Origin: a candidate division FCPU426 bacterium
Lineage (GTDB): Bacteria > Oederibacteriota > Muellerivitia > Muellerivitales > Muellerivitaceae
Assembly: GCA_963830915.1 (NCBI GenBank)
Contig: CAWHOE010000037.1
Coordinates: 1 to 14,810 of the forward strand
DNA length: 14,810 nucleotides
Direction: 5' to 3'
In this document: positions 7,284 through 14,810 of the stretch, piece by piece
Layout of the letters: each line of letters begins with the position of its first letter
How positions within the stretch are numbered: the stretch's first letter is position 1
Notes under the pieces: generated by a model
The model's input: only the letters and a program-made list of their open reading frames with translations
The model's database searches: none
Told to the model about the DNA's origin: nothing
Program-made: the position numbers and the translations under genes

Positions 7284-8207
7284 TCAAACCCCCTGAGGGG
7301 ACTCGGTTACCAGCGCTTCCACGAACATCTTGGGATCAAAGGGTACCAGATCATCCAACCCTTCACCGACCCCGATGAACCTGACGGGCAGTTTCAACTG
7401 ATCGCATAAGGCGACCACCATCCCGCCCTTGGCGGTCCCATCCAGCTTGGTCAGGACCAACCCGGTCAATTCCATTTCCCGGTTGAATTCCCTGGCCTGA
7501 TTCAAAGCATTCTGCCCCGTGTTGGCGTCTAAAACCAGCCACTTTTCCTTTTTTATACCAGGGGCCGACTTTTCAGAAACCCGGACGATCTTTTGGAGTT
7601 CCTCCATTAAATTCGAACGATTATGAAGTCTGCCGGCGGTATCCACGATGAAACAATTGAACCCGTTGGAAAGCCCTGATTTTAACGCATCAAATACCAC
7701 CGAAGAGGGGGATGCCCCATGAGCTCCCCGAACGATCTCTACTTTAGCACGTCCCGCCCATTCCGTCAGCTGTTCTTCTGCCGCCGCCCTAAAGGTATCC
7801 CCCGCCGCCAATAGCACTTTTCTTCCCTCGCCGGAAAATCGGACCGCTAATTTGCCGGCGGTCGTGGTCTTTCCCGCTCCATTGACCCCCGCCAGAAGGA
7901 TAACGGCCGGGTCGGCCAGTTTCCAGGGTTCCGGATCCAGGGCGAGCCTTATATAGAGGGCTTCCCTCAAACATCGTCGCAAGGTCTCGGGGTCATTCTT
8001 ACCTTCTTGTCGGACCCTTTCCTGAAGGTCCTGGACGACCGCCTTGGCCGTTTCCACTCCCAAATCCGCGGAGATCAGGTGTTCTTCCCAGGCCTTGGCC
8101 GATTCCCCCGACAAGGGGGTTCCTTTATGGAGAAGGGAACCCAGGTTCTCCGTCAATTTTTCCGCGGACTTCCTCAATCCGTTCTTGATCTGGTCGAAAA
8201 ATCCCAT
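7284..8207 (-). CDS. ftsY: Signal recognition particle receptor FtsY (short form, NG domain only)
   Basis: 307 aa. EEHLISADLG, GVNGAGKTTT, AAGDTFRAAA, DTAGRLHN..NLMEEL, LDANTGQN, TKLDGTAKGG, FIGVGEGLDDL.PFDP. Confidence 0.97.
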   Translation of the reverse strand: MGFFDQIKNGLRKSAEKLTENLGSLLHKGTPLSGESAKAWEEHLISADLGVETAKAVVQDLQERVRQEGKNDPETLRRCLREALYIRLALDPEPWKLADPAVILLAGVNGAGKTTTAGKLAVRFSGEGRKVLLAAGDTFRAAAEEQLTEWAGRAKVEIVRGAHGASPSSVVFDALKSGLSNGFNCFIVDTAGRLHNRSNLMEELQKIVRVSEKSAPGIKKEKWLVLDANTGQNALNQAREFNREMELTGLVLTKLDGTAKGGMVVALCDQLKLPVRFIGVGEGLDDLVPFDPKMFVEALVTESPQGV

Positions 8208-8210
8208 GGT

Positions 8211-9320
8211 TCAATCCGTTCCTGGCCGGACCGCGAGGGAAACTGCCCTGGCGATCTCGTACGGTTTCACCGAATCGCATCGGTGGTCACGGCCTCGAAA
8301 GACCCGGTTGCGATGGACCGGCAAGGGGCCCCAACGGCTTGGATCGCTGGGCCCGAAGATGGCGAAGACCCTGGTGACCAGGGCACAGGCGTGCATGATA
8401 CCGCTATCCCCGCAGACCAAGAGGGAAAATCGTTTGGCCGCTTCCAGGATGGTTAGAAGGTCGGAAGAGGGTAAATAAACCAACCCCTGAATGTTCCGGC
8501 TGGATCTTTTGAAATCCTCCAGTTCCCTCTCCTCGCCCAGTCCGTGGACCACCACCAGCTTGACCTTCTTCTTGCCCAATAATCCCGCCAGTTCAACGTA
8601 GCGGTCCGGTTCCCAGCGGTTGTCCTTTTTCCCCAGGGTCGGATGAAGGCCCACCACCAGGTCTTTCCCTTGGACGCCCATTTCCTTATAGAACCCGCTG
8701 ACTTCGGTTTCAATAGGGGCCGGGGCGGATGGCGGCTTGAATGATCTTTTTTCCAACTTCGTCCCAGGGAACACCCTGGCCGCCAGGGCCAGGCTCTTGG
8801 CGCTCTCATGGACCTTCTCAGCCTTTGGGCTCACGCCCCAGTTGAAGACCTGACGGGAAAGTTCCTTGGCCCATGCCTCATCCCAGAAGCCCACCCGGCG
8901 GGGACTTCGGGAAGCGACCGCCATCAGGGCGGAGGAAGTGGAAAATGGATAGGAGTGGAAGTCGACCACGGCGTCGTAACATCCCGCCAAAAGGTCGACC
9001 CAAAGGAAGAGACGGCCCAGAAGATGGTTATGGAAAACCTTCACGCGGGCTTTGGGAAAAAAGAATTTGGCGAAAGGCGCGTTGCGTTTCCCCGCCACGA
9101 TGGTCAAACGGCAGTTAGGCCCGGCCTGGGTCTCCAGGTTCCTCATCGCCTGCAGGGACAGGACAAAATCGCCCAAGCGGTCCGGTCTCAAGACCAGGAT
9201 GGATCGATAAGCGGAAGGATTGGTATTTGCGTCAGGAAGTTTGCTTAAAAAAACCAGGACGGACGACCAGAAAAGACGTTGGAAGGATTTTTCTGCCCAG
9301 GAAAGGATCCGGCGGATCAA
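8211..9320 (-). CDS. Glycosyltransferase family 9 (LPS heptosyltransferase-like)
   Basis: 369 aa. [32 protein letters not shown]...[34 protein letters not shown] start overlaps the smc stop (TTGA); stop is 3 nt before the ftsY ATG. Confidence 0.88.
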   Translation of the reverse strand: MIRRILSWAEKSFQRLFWSSVLVFLSKLPDANTNPSAYRSILVLRPDRLGDFVLSLQAMRNLETQAGPNCRLTIVAGKRNAPFAKFFFPKARVKVFHNHLLGRLFLWVDLLAGCYDAVVDFHSYPFSTSSALMAVASRSPRRVGFWDEAWAKELSRQVFNWGVSPKAEKVHESAKSLALAARVFPGTKLEKRSFKPPSAPAPIETEVSGFYKEMGVQGKDLVVGLHPTLGKKDNRWEPDRYVELAGLLGKKKVKLVVVHGLGEERELEDFKRSSRNIQGLVYLPSSDLLTILEAAKRFSLLVCGDSGIMHACALVTRVFAIFGPSDPSRWGPLPVHRNRVFRGRDHRCDSVKPYEIARAVSLAVRPGTD

Positions 9321-12300
9321 GAAACCGTGGTTTCTTCAGCCCGGTTCTCCTTGAACTTGGTGGAGATGACCTTGGATATTCCCGACTCCTGCATGGTCAC
9401 CCCGTAGATGATATCGCCGGTCTCCATACTGACCTTGTTGTGGGTGATCATGACGAACTGGGTCCTCTTGCTGAATTCCTTCAAAAGATGGGTGAAACGC
9501 CCGACGTTCACATCGTCAAGCGGCGCGTCGATCTCGTCCAGCAGACAGAAGGGGCTGGGCTTTACCATGAAAAGCGCGAACAAAAGGGCGATGGCTGTCA
9601 GGGCTTTCTCTCCGCCCGACAACAAGGAAACGGATTGAAACGCTTGCCCGGGGGCCGGGCCACGATCTCGATGCCCGATTCCAACACATCCCCCTCGTCG
9701 ATGAGGATCAGTTCGGCCCGTCCTCCCTCGAAAAGCCTTTGGAAGATATCCTTGAAATTCTCCTGCACGGTGGTGAAGGTGGAGGTGAAGAGTTCCTTGG
9801 AGGTCAAGTTGATCTTGTTGATGGCCGCTTCCAGGTCGGCCTTGGCTTTCAGCAGGTCTTCCTGCTGTTCGGAAAGGAACTGGTAGCGCTGGGACAGCTC
9901 GTCGTACTCTTCCATGGCGACCATGTTGACCAGGCCCAGCCGGTCGATCTTCGCCTTCAACTCGATGCTTTCCTTCTCGGCGGCTTCGCCGTCGAAATCC
10001 TCGGTCAAGGCCACGGGCGGGTTGTCCAGGTCGACCTTGTATTCCACCTGGAGCTTCTCCTCGATGTTGCGGTTCTCCACGTTGATCTGGGCCTCCTGGA
10101 CCTCGAACGCGTGGTATTCCTTCTGGACTTCCTCGAACTTGCCCCGGGCTTGGTGCACTTTCTCGACCTTGGCCTCGGTCTCGGACGCGATCCCTTCCCT
10201 CTTCTCGACCACCGCCTGGACCTTTTTGTCCGCTTCCAGCCGGTCCTGGGAAAGGGTCCCGGCCTTGACTTCCAGATCGGTCAGGTCCAGGGATAACTGC
10301 TGTTCTTCCTTCTCCAGCCTCTCATTTTCCTCTTTTTTCTGGGCGACCGATTGGGTCAGCTGGTCCTGCTCGGACTGGTAGCGGTCGGCTTCTTCCTTCG
10401 AACGGGCGGCCATCTCGTCCAGGGAGGACAGTTCCATCTCCACCTGCATGACCTGCTTAGCGGTCTCTTCCCTCTGGGTCTGCAGGGCTTGCAGGACCCT
10501 GCGGGCTTCCTGGATCTCTTCCTGGGTCAATTGCTGGGCCTGCTCGCTTTGGGACAGAAGGCGGGCCAGTTCGCCCACCCGGCTCTTGTCGGCGTTCCAG
10601 TGGTTCTCCAGGTCGGTCTTTTCCTTCTCGACCCTGGCGCTTTCGGCGCCCAGGCGTTCCAAGGTGGCCTCTTGCTGGGAGATCTCTTTTTCCAGTTCGG
10701 CCAGATCGATCTTCAACTGCTGGCGGCGGCCTTCGGCGGCCAAAACAGCGTCTTCCGTGTCTTTCCGGGACTTTTTCAGTTCGGAGATCTTATCCTCGGA
10801 TTGCTGGAGCTCGGCTTCCAAAGCCTTCATGTGGTCGGACAATTCGGTCATTTCCCTATGGCGTCCCAAGAGGGACACGCCGGAGGCGGCCGATCCGGCC
10901 TTCCAGACTCCCTGGGGCCCGATGCGGTCCCCGTCCTTGGTCACGAAACGAAGACGCGGATATTGCCCGCTCAACCTTTCGGCCGCGGACCAATCCTGCG
11001 CCAGGATATCCTCGCCCAAAAGGTAGCGGACGACCGGTTCCACAGAGGGTTCGTATTTCAGGAAGGATTGGACGGTCCCTTCCGCGCCGGCTTCGGTCAA
11101 GACCTGGGGCGGGACTTGGAAGGCTTCCCGGTTCGCCAGCTCATCCAGGATCAAAAGGGATACTTTGCCCTGTCCCTCGGACTTCAACAGGTCGATGACC
11201 TTGGTGGCCACCGCGCGGTTCTCGACGACGAGGGATTGTAGTTGGCTCCCCAGCAGGTTCTCCACGGCGCTTTCATGGGCCTGTTCCACCGAGATCAGGT
11301 CGCCGACCACGCCCCGAACTTCCTGCCACATCAGGGGCTCGTTAAGTTTTGCCTGGAGCACCGTCTTGACGCCCGAGTCATAACCGGTGAGCTTGTTCTG
11401 CAATTCTTCCAGCACGCCGAACCGGGAGCGGGCTTCGGAGAAGGTATTGTTCAAACGCTTGAGGGACTCGTTGGTCTCCTCGATCTGTCCCTCGATCTGC
11501 GAAAGGGAGGTCTGGCATCCCAGGATGGTCTCGTCGGCCTGGGCTTCCTCGGCCTGGGCTTTTTGTTTGCCTTCCCGGTCGGCGGCCAGCTTGTCCTCGG
11601 CGCCTTGGCGCTCGTTCTTGATCCTGTTCAATTCCTCCATTAGGTCCAGGACCCTGCGGGAGGTTTCCTCGTCCTGGCTCTTGAGCGAATCCAGGTCGGC
11701 CCTCATCTGGGCCGCCTTGGTCACCAGGTCCACCGCCGCGACGTTCTTGTTCTCCAGGTCCTGATTACGGGCCGACAGGTCGCCTTCCAGCGCCGCCAGT
11801 CTTTCTTTATGTTCCGCCAGCTTCTGGTTCTTTTCCTGCCTTTGGGATTCCTTGTTCTGGATGGACTGCAGACGCTCGGCTATCCAGATCTTGAGCTGTT
11901 CGATACGGGCCAAGGACTCGATGGCCTGCTGGTCGTTTCGTTGTTTTTGGTCCGCCAGCATGCCCTTGTGGCGCCTGGCCCCGTCCATCCGGCCCTGGGT
12001 CACCTCGGCCTCGCTGGACACCTTGTAGGCCTGCTCCCGCACCCGTCCCAACTCTTCCTCTATCTCGGCCAGGATGGCCCTTTGGTGTTTCTCTTCCTGC
12101 TCCATCCGTCGGGTCTCGGCCTGCGCCTCGTCCAGGCGTTCCCGCACCTGGTCCATCTTTTGGTGCAGGTCCTTCAGTTTGTTCTTCAGTTTGACGGCCT
12201 TGTCCAAATGGATCTGGACCTGCAGTTTGCCCAGGTCCTCCTTGAACTTGCGGTACTTCTCGGCCTGCTTGGCCTGGCGTTCCAGGGTGGAGATCTGCCG

Positions 12301-12897
12301 CTTGAGCTCGGCGGTGATGTCGGCGATGCGCACCAGGTTCTGCTCGGTGGCTTCCAGCTTGCGCAGGGCCTCGACCTTGCGCGACTTGTACTTGGTGATG
12401 CCGGCGGCTTCCTCGAAGAGGGCCCGGCGCTCGACCGGCTTGGAGGTGACGATCTGGTCCATCTTGCCCTGCTCCATGATGGAGTAGGCGCTGATGCCAA
12501 GGCCCGTGCCCATGAAGAGTTCCCGGACATCCTTGAGCCTGGCGACGGTCTTGTTGATGAGGTATTCGGACTCACCCGAGCGGTAGACCCGTCGGGTGAT
12601 GGAGACTTCGTTGAACTCCAGGGCCAGGGCCTTGTCCTCGTTGGAAAGGGTCAGGGTCACCTCGGCCATGCTGGCGGCCTTGCGAACGTCGGTGCCATTG
12701 AAGATGACATCGGTCATTTCGGACGCTCTCAATCCCTTGGCCGATTGCTCGCCCATGACCCAGCGGATGCTGTCCGAAACGTTGGTCTTGCCGCAGCCGT
12801 TCGGGCCTACGACCGCCGTGATGCCAGGTTCGAAATAGAGTTCGGTTTTTTCGGCGAAGGATTTAAAGCCGTGGATTTCTAGTTTTTTAAGGTACAA
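9317..12897 (-). CDS. smc: Chromosome segregation ATPase SMC, split by a 1-nt frameshift at ~9638-9640; about 1193 aa when repaired
   Basis: [14 protein letters not shown], Walker [34 protein letters not shown], coiled coils, hinge (GVVGDLI...[10 protein letters not shown]...GKVSLL), [12 protein letters not shown]. One added base in CGTTTCAA gives PPGKR(F/L)[15 protein letters not shown]...[13 protein letters not shown]...ITHNK. Likely start is TTG at 12897, with GGAG 6 nt upstream. Confidence 0.96.
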
Positions 12898-13003
12898 AAG
12901 CTTCTCCAAATGGTGATGGAAAGACTTCGCTTTGGAGGGCGTTGGAAAGGTGTAGAAAGCGGTCGAAAACGTAAGAACTTAACAAGTCACGTATTTCTTT
13001 GAG

Positions 13004-13032
13004 AATGTATCATTCCAACCGGTAGATGTCAA
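13004..13032 (-). promoter_or_regulatory. Sigma70-type promoter for the smc-GT9-ftsY operon
   Basis: TTGACA (13032-13027), 17-bp spacer, extended -10 TGA-TACATT (hexamer 13009-13004), with AT-rich sequence upstream. Confidence 0.75.
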
Positions 13033-13059
13033 AATTAATCGCACTACAAAATATAGTGT
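13013..13059. promoter_or_regulatory. Candidate tandem NrdR boxes at the smc promoter
   Basis: CTACAAAATATAGTGT (13044-13059) matches all core positions of acaCwAtATaTwGtgt. A weaker copy, TTCCAACCGGTAGATG (13013-13028; CwA....TwG kept), lies 31 bp away in the -35/-10 spacer. Confidence 0.45.
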
Positions 13060-13134
13060 TTTAAGTGATTTTAAGGGCGAGTTTGTAATGCAGGAAATAT
13101 CCCAAGGTCTTTGGGGCGAATGAACAGAACTTTT

Positions 13135-13611
13135 TTAATTGAACTCCAAAAGACTCAAAGCCAGGTTGGTCCGGCGCAGACGGCTGGAGATCAAGCTCAC
13201 CAAAGTGCAGAAGATCTCATAGGCCGCTTCGGGATTCTTCTTGAGGAATTTTTTGAAATCCTCGCCCTTGATGATATGGACCGAACCATCCTCCCGACAT
13301 TTGACCGTGGCCGAATAGGGGGCCTCGTCGAATACGCTCATTTCACCGAAAATGGAACCGCGGGTCAGGTCGGCCAGGTACTTGGGTTTGGAACCCGGCT
13401 CCTTGCCCATCTTCAAGACCTCGGCCCGGCCAGTGATCATGATATGAAGGGTCCCGCCTACCTGCCCTTCCTGGATGATGATATCGCCCGCCTTGAAATT
13501 CTCGACCCTGCCTAATTTGAAGATCTGGCTTAGGACCTTGTCCTGCATCCCGTCGAATAGGCTGACTTCCCTTAAAAAGTCGGTATGCGCCGCTTCCTTA
13601 CGAATCGCCAT
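13135..13611 (-). CDS. Stand-alone cyclic nucleotide-binding (CRP effector-like) domain protein without HTH
   Basis: 158 aa. FLREVSLFDGM, FKAGDIIIQEG, LHIMITGRAEV, GSIFGEMSVFDEAPYSATV, C-helix LVSLISSRLRRTN, then stop. GGAGGA RBS. Confidence 0.9.
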   Translation of the reverse strand: MAIRKEAAHTDFLREVSLFDGMQDKVLSQIFKLGRVENFKAGDIIIQEGQVGGTLHIMITGRAEVLKMGKEPGSKPKYLADLTRGSIFGEMSVFDEAPYSATVKCREDGSVHIIKGEDFKKFLKKNPEAAYEIFCTLVSLISSRLRRTNLALSLLEFN

Positions 13612-13649
13612 TACATCCTCCGGTCAATGTTGTTATAGAGAGGCTTGGA

Positions 13650-13817
13650 TCAGTCTTCTTTTACCGACGAATCGATGGACGAACCTGACTTGAAACGAAC
13701 CCTGTCATCCCTTTCTTTTTTAGACTTCCAGAGAAGGTAATAGGTCCGAATAACGGAAAATAACAGCCCGGCTATACCTATACCGAAAAGGAAATACGAA
13801 AGGGTGTGCTTGAACAT
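13650..13817 (-). CDS. Putative 55-aa single-pass membrane protein (absent from the ORF track)
   Basis: ATG 13817 to TGA 13650: MFKHTLSYFLFGIGIAGLLFSVIRTYYLLWKSKKERDDRVRFKSGSSIDSSVKED. Starts 11 nt after the upstream stop and fills the intergenic gap; hydrophobic helix followed by a basic cluster. RBS is weak. Confidence 0.5.
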   Translation of the reverse strand: MFKHTLSYFLFGIGIAGLLFSVIRTYYLLWKSKKERDDRVRFKSGSSIDSSVKED

Positions 13818-13828
13818 TCCCCGACCCG

Positions 13829-14810
13829 CTATTCGTCAGCGGTCTCCGCGGGACGCTTGAAGTTGGCTTCCCAAACCGCCACATATTGGTGCGGGGCGAT
13901 GCGGCCTTTTAACTTCGTTTTGAGGATGGCCAGGGCCTTCAGATCCTCGGCCCTCAATTTATGAACGAACGACATGGGTTGTCCCGCTGGCGGCTCATCC
14001 GGTCCCACCCTCAACCAGACTTTTTTGCCTGATTGGCGGACGTAGACCTGCACCAGCATTTTGCTCTTCGGGGCTTTGAATGAGAAGCGGCGCCATTGAA
14101 CGCCTTTCTCTCCTGGATAAAGTCCCTCTTCTTTGGTCATTTTGTAGCCCTTGCGATCCAGGCCGTTGAGCACTTGTTGGGAAACCCAGGCCAATCGGGA
14201 TGTTTCGTTCCCACCCTTGGACTTGACCCATCCGCCGAAAATGACGTTGGGCTGAGGAACGGGCGGATGCCATTTATGAGCGACTTCTTTTTTCTCCGCG
14301 GGAGCTGCTTCAGTAGGTGTGGTTTCAACCGCTGGCGTGGACATGGCGGGCAAGGTATTGGTCGGGGGAGGTTGGGTCGCGTCAGCGGCAGGGGCCGCGG
14401 TTCCAGGCGCTCCTGGCAAAGGCGGCATGGCCGGCTGGGCGGCTGCCGCGTTGTTAGCGGGCGGCGGAGCTACTTGTCCCTGGTCGGGCAAAGGAGGCAT
14501 AGCGGGCGCGGCTCCAGAGGCAGCTGGTTGGGCGTTTTGATCCGGCAAGGGTGGCATGGCTGGCGCAGCTCCGGCGGCGGCTGCTGGCTGAGTGCTTTGG
14601 TCTGGCAAGGGCGGCATGGCAGGCGCTGCTCCGGCAGCGGCAGGTTGCGCGCTTTGGTCCGGTAAGGCAGGCAAGGCTGGTCCGGCCGCTGGGGCTTGAG
14701 CGGTCGTGTTACTTGGCAAGGGGGGCATGGCGCTAGGATTGGTTGCGGCAGTTTGGTCGCCGGGAAGGGCTGGCAGGGGCGGCATGTCCTGTGCGTAAAC
14801 TGTTGCCGCG
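13829..14810 (-). CDS. Hypothetical, probably exported protein with Pro/Ala-rich repeat N-terminus and basic globular C-terminal domain; 5' end outside the window
   Basis: The frame stays open upstream of ATG 14785 to the edge (AATVYA-QD-MPPLP), which resembles a signal peptidase I site. About 165 aa of low complexity are followed by ~150 aa of Lys/Trp-rich domain of unrecognised family. Confidence 0.8.
   Translation of the reverse strand, partial: AATVYAQDMPPLPALPGDQTAATNPSAMPPLPSNTTAQAPAAGPALPALPDQSAQPAAAGAAPAMPPLPDQSTQPAAAAGAAPAMPPLPDQNAQPAASGAAPAMPPLPDQGQVAPPPANNAAAAQPAMPPLPGAPGTAAPAADATQPPPTNTLPAMSTPAVETTPTEAAPAEKKEVAHKWHPPVPQPNVIFGGWVKSKGGNETSRLAWVSQQVLNGLDRKGYKMTKEEGLYPGEKGVQWRRFSFKAPKSKMLVQVYVRQSGKKVWLRVGPDEPPAGQPMSFVHKLRAEDLKALAILKTKLKGRIAPHQYVAVWEANFKRPAETADE
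14481..14700 (-). repeat. Coding tandem repeat, about 3.8 units of 57-60 bp
   Basis: Units start (+ strand) at 14481, 14538, 14598 and 14655 and encode (M/L)P(P/A)LPDQxxQPAA(A)xGAAPA. Differences are mostly at synonymous positions. Confidence 0.85.

Noticed and set aside
9317..9625. 102-aa ORF as a separate ABC ATPase
   Set aside because: It is the C-terminal lobe of SMC ([16 protein letters not shown]), separated by the frameshift.
3551..9645. Programmed -1 ribosomal frameshifting in glgE and smc
   Set aside because: Neither site (G GAA AAC; G CGT TTC) is a canonical X XXY YYZ slippery heptamer, and two single-base losses in short homopolymers are more simply explained as sequencing error.
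12898..12909. smc start at TTG 12909 as given in the ORF track
   Set aside because: SMC proteins begin M-Y/F-LKxLE, and the GGAG inside this segment is well spaced as the RBS for TTG 12897.
12904..12937. CTCCAAA/TTTGGAG inverted repeat that could sequester the smc Shine-Dalgarno
   Set aside because: Only 7 bp closing a 20-nt loop, with no recognisable riboswitch or thermometer features; too weak to call.
14481..14700. 57-60 bp periodic repeats as a CRISPR array
   Set aside because: Unit lengths are multiples of 3, vary at third codon positions, have similar rather than unique spacers, sit inside an ORF, and no cas genes are present.
122..14736. Many + strand ORFs, some long (5688..6743, 10351..11241, 11809..12882, 1068..1706, 3080..3709)
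   Set aside because: They lie antisense to well-supported genes, show no recognisable motifs, and are the expected shadow ORFs of GC-rich coding DNA.

Overview
A bacterial chromosomal window in which every credible gene is on the minus strand. In transcription order (right to left): a Pro/Ala-repeat, probably exported protein (5'-truncated); an unlisted 55-aa single-TM ORF; a stand-alone cNMP-binding-domain protein; smc; a GT9 (heptosyltransferase-family) glycosyltransferase; ftsY; a STAS anti-sigma-factor antagonist; a secreted 5'-nucleotidase-like protein; and an alpha-glucan locus (glgE, glgM, glgA) followed by the start of one more gene. smc and glgE each have a single-base frameshift in a short homopolymer, most likely sequencing or assembly errors. 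No RNA genes, CRISPR arrays or mobile elements are evident. Most notable: (i) the GlgE lacks the internal domain-S helical insert but has a ~90-aa C-terminal extension; (ii) beside an intact GlgM-GlgE route sits a full-length GlgA with its own consensus promoter but with KTGG->KTGE and the catalytic Arg->Glu, a candidate pseudo-enzyme; (iii) the 5'-nucleotidase homolog has lost exactly the three ligands specific to the second metal site; (iv) a candidate tandem NrdR-box pair overlaps the smc promoter, and a perfect 16-bp palindrome lies in the glgE leader. All family assignments come from motif recognition by eye; no database search was run.
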